DNA of 64,000 nucleotides from an uncultured Verrucomicrobiae bacterium (GTDB lineage Bacteria > Verrucomicrobiota > Verrucomicrobiia > Chthoniobacterales > UBA10450), in the NCBI GenBank assembly GCA_963772275.1, contig CAVYWQ010000001.1, positions 673,615 to 737,614 on the forward strand, written 5' to 3'. Position 1 is the first letter of the stretch. Every line of letters begins with the position of its first letter. This document shows positions 10,060 through 21,200 of the stretch, piece after piece. A model generated the notes under the pieces. The model made no database searches. It saw nothing but the letters and a program-made list of their open reading frames with translations, and was not told the DNA's origin. The translations under genes were made by a program, and so were the position numbers.

Positions 10060-12323
10060 TCTTTTGCGGACGATCTTCCTAGCAACTTGCGCAGTCCCTT
10101 TGTCTCGCTCACCGGGGCCTTGCAGGTGAAATTTTCGCAAACGTAGGCCGCGGCTTTTTCGTCCACCATTTTCATCGCGCCGATCTCCTCGTGCGTTTCG
10201 GCGAGATACTTTTGATCCTTCCCACCGTCTGCGAGGAGAACAACCGTATTCGGCAGGAAATGGCCGCGGATTTCGCGCAGGAGTTTACGCGTATCGTCAG
10301 CCTCCTTTTTCCCGGCCAGGACGATCTGCCGTGGCTTCCCCAGGGCAAAATCGAGGGCGCTCAACATCTGCGGCATGGCGGTGGGCGCGCGACGCAGAAC
10401 CCCGGAGAAAGCATCGATTGTTTTCCGCGCCTCGGCCTCCCACGGCTTCGCCTCGCGCATCTGCGCCAGGCGCAGCAGATTGAGCGCGCTAACCGAACTG
10501 GCCGAAGGTTCCGCGCCGTCGTTGTCGTCCTTCATGCGCAACAGCACACTCTTGTCCTTCCCCGTCGTGCTGAAATAACCGCCGTGCTTTTTGTCGAGGA
10601 AAAGTTCGTCCTGAGTCTTTTGTAAATCGAGCGCCCATTGCAGCCAGTTCACGTCAAAGGTCGCCTCGTAAAGATCGAGCAATCCCTGGATGAGGAACGC
10701 GTAATCTTCAGCGAATCCCTCGACCTCGCCCTTTCCGTCTCGATAATTTCGCGCCAGCCTTTTCGTCTTTGTATCATACAAATGCGTGCGCAGGAAATTC
10801 GCTGCCGTGGCCGCGGTCTCCGCATAGCTGCGATCGTTCAGCACCTGCGCGGCCCGCGCATAGGCGGAAATCATCAAACCGTTCCAGGCGGTAATGATTT
10901 TATCGTCGAGATGCGGCCGCGGGCGCTTTGCCCGCAAATCGAAGAGCGTCTTCCGATTCTTTTGCAAAGAGGTGCGCACCTCCTCGTCGTTTTTCCCAAC
11001 ATGCTTCGCCGTCTCGGCCACCGTATGCCGGCGAATCAGGACGTTCTTTCCTCGAAACTCACCCTGCGGATCGCTCCCGCCAGGAGCGTTGCCCTCGGCT
11101 TCGACACCATAATGGTAATCGAACATTGCCGCCTCCTCCCCTAATGAGTCGTCGATCTCTTTTTTCGTCCAGACATAAAACGCGCCTTCCGCCTTCTCCT
11201 TGTCACCGCGATCACCGCTCCCCGCGACAACGCTGTCCGCGTCCTCGGCGGAATAAAAACCACCCTCCTGTGCGCGAAGATCGCGACCCACGTAATCGAG
11301 CGTATCGCGCGCGACCGTTTCCAACTCGGATTCGTGCGTAACCTGAAACGCTTCCAGATACGACACCGCCAACTGCGCCTGGTCGTAGAGCATCTTTTCG
11401 AAATGCGGGACATGCCAGAGTGCATCGACCGAGTAACGATGAAAGCCGCCGCCAATCTGATCGTGGATCCCGCCCGCCGCCATCTTGCGCAGCGTGAGCA
11501 GGGTCATATCGAGCGCTTTCCTGCCAGCCGTCGAGCTCGCGCCTTCCCTCGCATACATGCGCAGGAGAAAATTGAGGATCACCGGGCGCGGAAATTTCGG
11601 TGCTCCACCAAAACCCCCCTCCCGCGCATCGAACATCCGCGCCATCTGCTGCGCGCCGCTCTGCAAAACTTCCGCGTCGAGATTCCCACCGGCGTTTTCC
11701 CCGCTGGCGGCGGCTTGCTGCAAAGCCTCCATGATCTTGCTTCCCTGCTCGGAAATCTTTTCGCGATTTTCCTTCCAGGCGGCAGCGATGCGCTGCAACA
11801 CCTTCGGAAACCCAGGCTGCCCGTGTCGATCCTCCGGCGGGAAATAGGTGCCGCCGACAAAAGGCTTCAGTTCCGGCGTCAGCCAAACGCTCATGGGCCA
11901 GCCGCCGCCACCGGTGGTCGCCTGCACGAACGTCATGTAGACGCGATCGACATCGGGACGCTCTTCGCGATCTACTTTGATGTTCACGAATTCGCGGTTC
12001 ATGATCGCCGCCGTTTGCTCGTTCTCGAACGACTCGTGCGCCATGACGTGGCACCAGTGGCAGGTCGAGTAACCAATCGAGAGAAAAATCGGTTTGTTTT
12101 CCTTCCGGGCCTTGGCGAAAGCCGCGTCCCCCCACGGATACCAATCGACCGGATTGTGCGCGTGCTGCAGGAGGTAGGGCGACTTCTCTCCCGCGAGGTG
12201 ATTGGTGTAAACCGCTCCTTGTTTTTGCCCGGCCTTAGTCGCAGTCACGCCCGACACTAACGAAACTAATGCAAAGAAAAAGCTCCAAGCGAGCCCAGGA
12301 CGCGAGTTTCGGCGCGCGTTCAT
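10056..12323 (-). CDS. thioredoxin-domain protein (YyaL/DUF255, N-acylglucosamine 2-epimerase-like fold)
   Basis: 755 aa with a signal/TM N-terminus. DUF255 motif [39 protein letters not shown]. Confidence 0.85.
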   Translation of the reverse strand: MNARRNSRPGLAWSFFFALVSLVSGVTATKAGQKQGAVYTNHLAGEKSPYLLQHAHNPVDWYPWGDAAFAKARKENKPIFLSIGYSTCHWCHVMAHESFENEQTAAIMNREFVNIKVDREERPDVDRVYMTFVQATTGGGGWPMSVWLTPELKPFVGGTYFPPEDRHGQPGFPKVLQRIAAAWKENREKISEQGSKIMEALQQAAASGENAGGNLDAEVLQSGAQQMARMFDAREGGFGGAPKFPRPVILNFLLRMYAREGASSTAGRKALDMTLLTLRKMAAGGIHDQIGGGFHRYSVDALWHVPHFEKMLYDQAQLAVSYLEAFQVTHESELETVARDTLDYVGRDLRAQEGGFYSAEDADSVVAGSGDRGDKEKAEGAFYVWTKKEIDDSLGEEAAMFDYHYGVEAEGNAPGGSDPQGEFRGKNVLIRRHTVAETAKHVGKNDEEVRTSLQKNRKTLFDLRAKRPRPHLDDKIITAWNGLMISAYARAAQVLNDRSYAETAATAANFLRTHLYDTKTKRLARNYRDGKGEVEGFAEDYAFLIQGLLDLYEATFDVNWLQWALDLQKTQDELFLDKKHGGYFSTTGKDKSVLLRMKDDNDGAEPSASSVSALNLLRLAQMREAKPWEAEARKTIDAFSGVLRRAPTAMPQMLSALDFALGKPRQIVLAGKKEADDTRKLLREIRGHFLPNTVVLLADGGKDQKYLAETHEEIGAMKMVDEKAAAYVCENFTCKAPVSETKGLRKLLGRSSAKD

Positions 12324-12345
12324 CTACAGATGAGAAGTCATGCGC

Positions 12346-12819
12346 TTACTGGAGCTTCAATTTCGGCGCCCGCGCCGGCGACCAGGGATTTTTCTCGTGG
12401 CGGCCGGCCAGAATGTCAGCTGCATACTGATCGAGTAGCGCGCAAAGCTTCCTCACATCGAGCCGATGGCGGCGCGGAGCAAAAGGCCCCAGATTCTCTT
12501 TGGCGAGCCGAAACAGGCGCGCGGCCGGAGCCAGCCGCCGGCCATGTTTCGGGTGTGTCGGGTGCTCGAATTGCTTCTTTAAGTGAACCAGGGCGCCGGC
12601 CGCCTGGATTAATCCCTTAAAAAATTGCGCATCATCCGAATCAGTTCGCAGCCAGAGATGCTCGAGCACATCGTGCGCTTCGTAATATTGCTGCTCGTTC
12701 CAGCACCGAAAAAAGGCGCGGTAGAATTCGTTCTGCGCGACATCGGTGGCCTCCCCGGATGCTTCCGCCGGTGCGTCCAAGTCCTGCACAAACTTTGAAA
12801 TCCGCTCGCCTTTGTTCAT
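12346..12819 (-). CDS. DUF309 domain protein
   Basis: ORF trimmed to MNKGERISKF.... DUF309-like core FFRCWNEQQYYEAHDVLEHLW. Confidence 0.65.
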   Translation of the reverse strand: MNKGERISKFVQDLDAPAEASGEATDVAQNEFYRAFFRCWNEQQYYEAHDVLEHLWLRTDSDDAQFFKGLIQAAGALVHLKKQFEHPTHPKHGRRLAPAARLFRLAKENLGPFAPRRHRLDVRKLCALLDQYAADILAGRHEKNPWSPARAPKLKLQ

Positions 12820-12917
12820 GAAAAGTCTAACTTCAGGGCGGCTGAGATGATCGGCAAACGAGCACGCTTCGATTTTTCGGGAGAGCAACGCCGGCGCCCG
12901 CGCCGTCGCGACGAAAA

Positions 12918-14192
12918 ATGACGGTGGGCGTTCTCATCAGTCTTCTCGTTCTTTTTGTCGCGCTGAATATCGCCTCCGCGCTTTTCTCCGGCCTGGAAAC
13001 TGCGCTTTTTTCGCTCAAGCCGCACCAGATTCGGCGGCTCGAAGCCAATCACCCGTCGCTCGCCGATTTCCTGCGCCTTTTTCGCGACAAACCACGCCGC
13101 GTCCTGAACGTGCTCTTATTGGGTGACGCCACCGCCAAGGTCCCGCTTGCTGTGCTCAGTCTTTTCTTTCTCTGGGGAAGTCCGCTCGCCGCGCGCCTGC
13201 CGCAATGGCTGGCCGCCCTTCTCATCTTCGCCGGGCTCGTCCTCGTCTGCGATCTCATTCCAAAGCTGCTCGCCCTTTCCGCTCCTTACCGCCTGTCCGC
13301 GCTTGGCGTTCTCACCCTGAGAGTCTTTCTCCCCTTTCTCGACCGCGTCGGGAGCGCCCTGGAAAAGGCCAGCTCCGCCATCGTCGATCGCGTCACGCCC
13401 AAGCGTCTCCTCACGCGCGCGCGACTGACCGACGAAGAACTCGAGACGCTGGTCGAGATCGGCGAGGAGGAAGGCGCGCTCCATGAAGCCGAGGGTGAGA
13501 TGATTCAGGAAATCATCAAGCTGGGCGACAAGACGGCCAAGGATTGCATGACGCCGCGGGTCGACACTTTTGCCCTGGCTGACGATCTGACGAATGAAGA
13601 AGCCATCGCGCAATTGCAGGAGAAACGTCATCGCCGTGTGCCGGTCTATGCCGATACGCCCGATCAAATCGTTGGCATTATCGATGTGAAACGGTTTCTG
13701 CTCGATCCGAGCGAGCATTATACCGAAATGCTGACCGCACCCTCGTTCGTCTCCGAGACCATGCGGGCCATGGATTTGTTGCGGCGGTTTCTCAGCCATC
13801 CGCAGGGGCTGGCCATCGTGGTCGACGAATTCGGAGGCACCGAAGGCATCATCACGCTTTCCGACATCGTCGAGGAAATCATCAGCGACGCCGCACCGCT
13901 CGGCGATGCCGAGCTTTACATCGAACCGCTTCCCGACGGCCGCTTCCTTGTTAATGGCAACGCCCGCCTCGACGATTTGAGCGAACACCTCGGCTTTGAA
14001 TTGGAAGCCGACGGCATCGACACGATCGGCGGCTGGATTTTCAACCGCCTTGGTTACGTGCCGCCGAGCGGCGCGAAGCTTGAGGTGCCGCATCTCTCAA
14101 TCACCGTACGGCGTTCCATGCGGCATCGCATCAAGGAAGTGGTGCTCGAGAAGACCAATGGCGCGGATGCCGCGAAGGAAGAGGAAGACTGA
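12918..14192 (+). CDS. CNNM/DUF21 + CBS pair + CorC_HlyC protein (hemolysin family)
   Basis: 424 aa with the same three-domain layout as 6532..7938. C-terminal IGGWIFNRLGYVPPSGAKL. Confidence 0.85.
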   Translation: MTVGVLISLLVLFVALNIASALFSGLETALFSLKPHQIRRLEANHPSLADFLRLFRDKPRRVLNVLLLGDATAKVPLAVLSLFFLWGSPLAARLPQWLAALLIFAGLVLVCDLIPKLLALSAPYRLSALGVLTLRVFLPFLDRVGSALEKASSAIVDRVTPKRLLTRARLTDEELETLVEIGEEEGALHEAEGEMIQEIIKLGDKTAKDCMTPRVDTFALADDLTNEEAIAQLQEKRHRRVPVYADTPDQIVGIIDVKRFLLDPSEHYTEMLTAPSFVSETMRAMDLLRRFLSHPQGLAIVVDEFGGTEGIITLSDIVEEIISDAAPLGDAELYIEPLPDGRFLVNGNARLDDLSEHLGFELEADGIDTIGGWIFNRLGYVPPSGAKLEVPHLSITVRRSMRHRIKEVVLEKTNGADAAKEEED

Positions 14193-14194
14193 TC

Positions 14195-15154
14195 ATGGAT
14201 CTGCTGGTGGTCTTCGGTTGTTGGGCCGTTTCCTTTTTGTTCGCCGGGATAGAAGCCGGTGCCCTCGCCGTCGATCCGGTCCGTCTGCGCGCTCAGGTCA
14301 AGCGCAAGCAGCGGAGCGCACAGCGCCTTTACCGCCTGCTGCAATCGCCGGAACGCCTTCTTGTCACCGTTCTGATTGTCACCAACATGGCCGACATTCT
14401 CGCCCTCCTTCTGTTGACGCGCCGGCTCTTTGTCGCCTTCGGCCTGATCGGCTTTCTCATTTCACTTTTCATCAACCTGCCCATTTACGTTTTCGTTTTG
14501 GGTGTCTTGCCAAAATCGCTTTTCCGCCGGTTTCCTTTCCGCGCACTTGCGCCACTCGCCGGCCTGCTTGAGATCGTCTCGACAATTCTCTGGCCTGTTC
14601 TTGAGATCGGGAAGCAACTTGGCGGCCTTTTTCTCCCGCGCAAAATGCAGGAACGCCCGCGTCTCTTCGCCGCGCGCGAAGAACTCAAGCAAATCGCCCT
14701 GCAAAGCGAAAAGGAAGGGTCGCTCACCGCCGCCGAGCGCTCCATGATTCATAACGTCGTCGATTTCACGACGGTGCAGGTGCGTCACGTCATGCTGCCG
14801 CTGGCCCGCGCCGTCATGATCAAGGCCCAAACTCCGGTCGACGAAGTCTTGCGCCTGAGCGCGACCACGAACGCGGATCGCATTCCGGTGATCGCTCGCA
14901 ACGGCCAGGCCGTCGGTCTGGTCAATGTGCTCGATATTCTTTGCGATCGAAAAGGACCCCGACCTCTCAATGATTATATGCGGCGCGTCATCACCGCGCG
15001 CGAAGACGAAGCCGCTTACCGAGTCATCCAACGCCTGCGCGCCGCCGGCCGCGGACTGGCCGTGGTCGAAAACGCAAAACACAAATTGACCGGCCTCGTC
15101 ACCATCGAGGAACTGATCAAACGCCTCGTCTCCGCCGCGCCGGCTCCGGCCTAA
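14195..15154 (+). CDS. CNNM/DUF21 + CBS-pair protein lacking a CorC domain
   Basis: 319 aa, starting 3 nt after the previous stop. TM DUF21 region plus a CBS pair. Its stop TAA lies inside a CCTAACGA octamer. Confidence 0.8.
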   Translation: MDLLVVFGCWAVSFLFAGIEAGALAVDPVRLRAQVKRKQRSAQRLYRLLQSPERLLVTVLIVTNMADILALLLLTRRLFVAFGLIGFLISLFINLPIYVFVLGVLPKSLFRRFPFRALAPLAGLLEIVSTILWPVLEIGKQLGGLFLPRKMQERPRLFAAREELKQIALQSEKEGSLTAAERSMIHNVVDFTTVQVRHVMLPLARAVMIKAQTPVDEVLRLSATTNADRIPVIARNGQAVGLVNVLDILCDRKGPRPLNDYMRRVITAREDEAAYRVIQRLRAAGRGLAVVENAKHKLTGLVTIEELIKRLVSAAPAPA

Positions 15155-15234
15155 CGAATCCGGCCGATGGAAATGCCGGCAACTGGCCTGCGCTCCGGAT
15201 ATTCGATCTCCGACCGATTCGTTGCGATAATCTC

Positions 15235-18117
15235 TCAGGGTAATCCGGTCCCCGACTTGGATTTTACCAAGGCGATGTCGGAGCTGCTGATGCCGCCATC
15301 GGCGGTCACGTCCTGGCGAAAATTGGAAAGCGTGACGGCATTGCCCGATTGAGATTTAATCTGGCTGATATCGGATGCGCTAACCGTTCCGTTGCCGTTG
15401 GTGTCGCCGATCAACACGCCCATTTGCGGTCCGGCGACGTCCCCGCTATGGCCCGCCGCATCGAGAACGCTGCTCAGGGTGACGGCGATGCGCTGGCCGG
15501 TATCCACGCCGGTCAGTTGCACGGTGTACTGGTTTGCATTGGGGCCGAGGGAACCGCCAAGCACGGTCCCGCTCCCAGTGGTCACGCTGGCGCCGCCCAC
15601 GCTGGTCAGGTCGGCGGCGAAGGTAAAGATGAGCACGTAGTTACCCGTCCCGAGCGAAACGCTGCGGCGGGGTTCGATGCCGATCGCTCCGGTCAGTGGC
15701 AGATTGACATCGAAGATGCCCGCGCCGCCGTGGGTCATGCGGGAAACCACGCCTGTCAAAGTTGGAGGAGTCGGCGGACTGTTGGCCACGGTAAACGGGA
15801 GCGCAGCGAAAGCGGCACAAGTGGCTCCGTTGGGAAAGCTGTCCACCCAGACCTGGAAAACTCTGGGAGTCGCGATCTGCGCCGCCGTCACCGGCACGCT
15901 GAGCTGCGTGCTGCTGATGAAATTGACTGTCGGGAAGGTCCCATCCACCGAGACGACGGAGCTTGGCGTGAAACCCGTTCCGTTCAAGGTGAGGGTAAAA
16001 CCGGAACTCCCAGCCACGGCCCGGGACGGGCTAAGACTGCTGAGCGTCAGCGGTGTCGCGATTATGTTGTAATCGGCGGCCACCAGAACTTCATCGGTTA
16101 CGGTGAGCGGCTGGGAAGGCGCAGTTCCGCTGAGGTCGTATTGCCATCCGGTGAAAACCCAGCCGGCGTTGGGATTTTCACTGACGGTAAGGGCGGCGCC
16201 GCTCGGATAGAAACCATCGCCAGTCGGAGAGCCGGGGCTGATGTCAATGGCGCCGGCGCAGAATTCGTTGACGTAATCGGTGACGAAGAATTGCGGAGTG
16301 AGAGTGGCCGTGTAGGTGATGCCGGAGGAGGGAAGAACGACGTTATCGGTCGTTGTGAGGGTGCCGTCGCTCCATTGATCAAAGGCGAAGCGGCTGTTGA
16401 AGCTGTAGGGGTATTCCGGCGTATCCACGCTGAGCGAATGCATGCTGCCGGCTGTCCAGGTGGAATCGTAAAAGGCAGAAAAGTTTTTCGGCGCGTACCA
16501 GAAACCGCCGTCCGCGTAGATGTAGAGGTTTGAGCTGAAGGGATTCGGAGCGACGTCCACACCGTAAACAGGATCCGGCGAAAATTCGGCCGTGCTGTTC
16601 ACGGTGAGGCCGGTGTCGGGTACATAAAAGGTCTTCGGGTTGGCCCCGAGACCGCCGGGAAGCCAAAACGGCGCGTTGTTGAATTCGTAAAAATTCTGGC
16701 CGGAATTGGCGGAGGCAGTCAGGGTGACCTGCTGGCGAGCCGTGTAAAAGAGGAGGGCCGAGCCGGGGTAGCTTTGAGGCGCGGGAGAAGGGGTGACGCT
16801 GCCGGCGCCGGCCGGAAAGACGGTGGCTGCATACGGAACAAGTTGAATGAAGTTGACCGTGTAAGTGGTGACGGCCGGGGATGTCGCCGGAGCGCTGGGA
16901 TCGCCGTTCCCGGGAACAACGGTCACGTTGTGCGAGGCGTTGGTCGAATCGTTCCAGCGCCCATAGATGTAGTAAAAGGTGGTCGGTTCGTTGCTATTGA
17001 CGATGAAGCCGGGCTGACTCTGGACGCCGGCAGGAATATCGAGCGTGTGCGTTGAGTTTAGGGCCCAGTTGAAAACCTGCGGCGTCGTGACAGTGGCGCC
17101 ATCGACGATGACCTGCAAACCCGGAGGGTTGCTCGTGACGGTGACGGCGGTGGGAGCGTTCCCGTAGAGTCGTTCAATTCCATCGATGTCGGCCGCGGTG
17201 TAGCCATTCAGGTTCGAGAGCGGGATCCCAGCGGGGACGGATTCAATGGCCGGACCGCCGTTACGTGAGAATGCGAAGGCCGGGTATTCCATGATCGACG
17301 CGTAGTCGAAGAGCGTGGTTTGGCGCGCATTGTCGTAGATCTGGTCGAAGTTGGAGATGGAGCCTTTGATCAGGTTGCCGTAGTTGACCGAGACGTAGGT
17401 ATCGCGGTCGGGCCGGGATTGCTCGTGCCAGAGGCCGACGGTGTGTCCCATTTCATGCAGTATCGTGCCAACGGTGCAGGGGTTGAACGATCCGCCGGAC
17501 CCGCCCACCGCCTGTTCACCGCCCGCCCGACCGACCGTGGCTTCGCACTGAGCGCTGTTATCGTTCGGATCGAAGTAGAAATTGACATAATCGGGCTCAG
17601 TCGTTCGGGGGACAAATTGGATATTGGAAAATGTGTTATTGAACTGACTGATGGCGCTGTTGAGGTTGGTGAGATTGCCGCTGTCCGAGGCGATGACGTA
17701 CGGAATCTGATATTGATTGCCGACTTCGGGCCAGAGGTATTGCCCATAGGCGACACCAAGAGAGTCGCCGCCGACAAGAGGGGTGATTCGAGGATCGGGC
17801 GGACCGACTTTCTCGAGAATGATATCGCCCTCGAAAATGGCTTTGCCGTGTTTGACCGCATAGATGACGGGCATGTTGCGATAAACTCCCCGGAAAAGCG
17901 GAGCGCTGCCCGAGACAGAGATCGGACCAGATGTTAGCCCAAGTCCGCGAAGACTGGGCGCCGTTCGATTTGCCGGGATACTTGCTCTACCGCCACGCTG
18001 CGGGCCCGCCACCAAACTGAAGATACCGAGGCCTGTCCCGGCCAGGCAAAACACGAACGCCGCCAGGATTCGTGGATAGAAGCCGCCCGCCCGAAGACCG
18101 GACATCCTTGTCGACAT
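15235..18117 (-). CDS. secreted astacin-like (M12A) zinc metalloprotease with beta-rich/IPT-like repeats and a C-terminal dockerin-like module
   Basis: 960 aa with an N-terminal TM/signal. Astacin zinc site ILHEMGHTVGLWHEQSRPDRD. C-terminal paired Ca-binding repeats DTNGNGTVSASDISQIKS / DVTADGGISSSDIALVKS. Confidence 0.85.
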   Translation of the reverse strand: MSTRMSGLRAGGFYPRILAAFVFCLAGTGLGIFSLVAGPQRGGRASIPANRTAPSLRGLGLTSGPISVSGSAPLFRGVYRNMPVIYAVKHGKAIFEGDIILEKVGPPDPRITPLVGGDSLGVAYGQYLWPEVGNQYQIPYVIASDSGNLTNLNSAISQFNNTFSNIQFVPRTTEPDYVNFYFDPNDNSAQCEATVGRAGGEQAVGGSGGSFNPCTVGTILHEMGHTVGLWHEQSRPDRDTYVSVNYGNLIKGSISNFDQIYDNARQTTLFDYASIMEYPAFAFSRNGGPAIESVPAGIPLSNLNGYTAADIDGIERLYGNAPTAVTVTSNPPGLQVIVDGATVTTPQVFNWALNSTHTLDIPAGVQSQPGFIVNSNEPTTFYYIYGRWNDSTNASHNVTVVPGNGDPSAPATSPAVTTYTVNFIQLVPYAATVFPAGAGSVTPSPAPQSYPGSALLFYTARQQVTLTASANSGQNFYEFNNAPFWLPGGLGANPKTFYVPDTGLTVNSTAEFSPDPVYGVDVAPNPFSSNLYIYADGGFWYAPKNFSAFYDSTWTAGSMHSLSVDTPEYPYSFNSRFAFDQWSDGTLTTTDNVVLPSSGITYTATLTPQFFVTDYVNEFCAGAIDISPGSPTGDGFYPSGAALTVSENPNAGWVFTGWQYDLSGTAPSQPLTVTDEVLVAADYNIIATPLTLSSLSPSRAVAGSSGFTLTLNGTGFTPSSVVSVDGTFPTVNFISSTQLSVPVTAAQIATPRVFQVWVDSFPNGATCAAFAALPFTVANSPPTPPTLTGVVSRMTHGGAGIFDVNLPLTGAIGIEPRRSVSLGTGNYVLIFTFAADLTSVGGASVTTGSGTVLGGSLGPNANQYTVQLTGVDTGQRIAVTLSSVLDAAGHSGDVAGPQMGVLIGDTNGNGTVSASDISQIKSQSGNAVTLSNFRQDVTADGGISSSDIALVKSKSGTGLP

Positions 18118-18269
18118 ACATGCCTTTCATCTTCCGAACGAACCGTTTCGCTCGGAAACCGCGGAAAGTATGCCAGCGCTCAGTTTCCAGCCTGCGCCTG
18201 ACACACTTGACGCGCGGTTTGATTACGAATTTTCCTTCCGCCAAGTCAAGCCAATTTGGGGTCGTGGCA

Positions 18270-21200
18270 TCAATCCCAGGTGCGATCCGACTTCCCATTG
18301 CCTCCGAACCACCCGGCGACCGTTCCCAGGACGAGCGCCCCAACGGCGAGGATGGCGAGCGTCTTTTCTTTCGAAGGAATCGCCGGCTCAGGCTGAATGT
18401 AGCGCGTCTCCGGAAAGTTTCCCGACGGGCCCAGTGGTCCCTGATCGAGCGCCATCTGCAAGACCTGCGCAATATGAAGGGCATGACGATCGGTCGTTTC
18501 CTGCACCTGCGTTCGACAACTGAAACCGTCCGCAATGATCAGTGTATCCTTTGCCGCCTCGCGCACTTTTGGGAGGAGAACGCGTTCGCCACAGGCGATG
18601 GAGATATCGTACTTGTCGGCCTCGAAGCCAAATGCTCCCGCCATGCCGCAACAGCCGGAATCGAGCACCTCGTAATCGAGGCCAATCTTCTGGAGCAATT
18701 TCTTTTCGCAGTTGAGCTTCATGACCGCCTTGTGATGGCAATGACCGTGGACAAGCGTCTTGCGATGCAGCTTCGGCACGCGATAATCGGGAGCGTATTT
18801 CTCCAGAAACTCGGCCAGCGTGAATGTCTGTTTTCGGAGGCGCCGCGCATTCTCGTGATGCGGGAACATTTCGAAAACCTCGTCGCGAAAGACTGCCGTG
18901 CAGCTCGGCTCGAGGCCGACAATCGGTGTGCCGGCTTCGATTTCGTCGGCTAACGAATGCAGAATCTGCAGAAGCCAGCGCCTGGCCGTGTCGAGCATGC
19001 CATAATCATAGAGGGGCCGCCCGCAGCAGAGATCCTGCCTGGGCAAAACGACCTGAAATCCCGCATCTTCCAGCACCGCCACAGCCGCCTTGGCCACCGC
19101 CGGATGGAAGTAGTTGTTGAAGGTATCCGGCCAGAGCATGACGCGCTTGTCGTAGCCGCGATCGTTCATCCCGGCATGCGCAGCGCCACGCGTCCGCGCG
19201 AACCAGCTCTTGAACGATTCGGGGGCGAAAGCCGGCATGGTGCGCTTCTGCGCCACGCGGATCGCTGCTTTCGCCACATTGCTGATGAAAGGTGCGCGAT
19301 TGATAAAGTTGACTAACGAAGGCGCGATCTGGGCAAGGCGCGCCCAGACGTGAATCAAACCAAAAGCGTAGGCGTAGACCGGCCTTAGCCGGCCTTTGTA
19401 ATAATGCGCGAGAAACTCCGCCTTGTAGGTCGCCATGTCGACGCTTACCGGGCAATCGTCCTTGCAACCCTTGCAGGCGAGACAGAGATCGAGCGCTTCT
19501 TTCACACTCTCATCTTTCCAGCCGTTCTTGCCGATCACTTCGCCGCGCAGCATTTCGAAAAGCAAATGCGCTCGCCCGCGCGTGGCGTCTTTTTCTTCAC
19601 GCGTAACCATGAAGCTCGGGCACATCGTCCCGCCATTGAGCCGTCGGCATTTCCCCACCCCGACACAGCGCAACGCCGCGCGCGTGAAACTGCCCTGGTC
19701 GCTCGGATAAGCGAAGTAGGTCTTCGGCTCGCGCGGATTGTAATCGCTGCCCAGTCGAAGATTGCTCGTTAGGGAATAGGCATCGATCACCTTGCCCGGG
19801 TTCATTTTCCACTCCGGATCCCAGATCGACTTGAACTCGCGGAAAGCCTGCATGATTTCCGCCCCGTACATCTTCGGGAGCAACTCGGCGCGCGCCTGGC
19901 CGTCGCCATGCTCGCCCGAAAGCGAACCGCCATAGCTGAGGACGAGGTCCGAGGCCTCTGCGACGAACGAGCGATATTTCTCAATCCCCTTCGCCGTGTA
20001 GAGATCGAACGGAATGCGACAATGGATGCAGCCCTGGCCGAAGTGCCCGTAGAGCGAGGCTTCGTAGTCGTACTTATGGAAAAGTTTGCGCAGATCGCGC
20101 AGATAGGGGCCGACCTTGTCTGGCGGCACGGCCGAATCCTCCCAGCCCGGCCAGGTGTCCTTCATGTTCGGCACGAAGGCGGTCGCGCCCAAACCCGATT
20201 CGCGCACTTCCCAGACCTTCGATTCTTCCTTCATGTCGTCGAACAGCTTCATGGTCGGCGCATCCGGCTTCGATTTGAGCGCGGCCATGACGGCGTGGGC
20301 TTTCGCGTCGGAATCCTCCTTTGAATCCCCACCGAATTCCGCCATGAGCCAGCCTTTGCCGTCGGGCAGAAGTTCAATGTCTTCCGGATGCAGCCCCGTT
20401 TTCTTCATGTAGCCGATCAGGCGATGATCGATCCCCTCGAGACCGATCGGCTTGTGCGACAAAATTTCCGGCGCGTGATCGCCCGCGCTGTAAACATCGG
20501 GATAACCGAGCACGAGGAGGCTGCGCGCTTTCGGATTCGGGATGAGGTGCAGCGTCGCCTCCAGAATGGTAACGCAGGTGCCTTCGCTCCCGACGAGCGC
20601 GCGGGCGACATTGAAACCCTTCTCGGGCAGCAGCTCCGGCAGGTTATAACCGGAAACGCGCCGCGGGATATCGGGAAATTTTTCGCGAATGACATTGGCG
20701 TATTTGTCGCGCAGATCGCGCAATTTCCGGTAAATTTCGCCGCGACGCCCGCCCTGCCTGACGATTTGTTCCAGTTCTTCCTTGCTCGTCGGGCCGACAC
20801 GCATTCGTTCACCGTCGTAGGTCAGGATTTCCAACTCGTGCGTATTGTCGGACGTGCGCGCGCCGGTCCCGCTAAAGGCGGCCATGACCGAATGAATGCC
20901 GCACGAGTTGTTGCCGAGCATTCCGCCTAACGTGCAATGATTGTGCGTGGCCGGATCGGGACCAAAGGTCAGCTGATGTTTCTCCGCGGCATGGCGGAGA
21001 TCATCCAGGATCGTGCCCGGCTGGACGCGGCCAAGCTTCCGCTGCACATCGATCTCGACTACCTGATTCAGGTATTTTGACATGTCGATGATGATCGAGG
21101 TGTTGCAGCATTGACCGGCCAGACTCGTGCCGCAGCCGCGGCTGGTAATGGGTGCGCCCGCCTCGCGCGCGATGGCAATTGTCGTCACCACATCCTGCAC

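Noticed and set aside
15158-18949. CCTAACGA-free stretches (1..3555, 7449..12256, 15158..18949, 58960..63918) as evidence for horizontally acquired islands
   Set aside because: With about 40 sites in 64 kb (mean spacing about 1.6 kb), roughly four gaps longer than 3.5 kb are expected from a Poisson process. The observed gaps are therefore not significant on their own.
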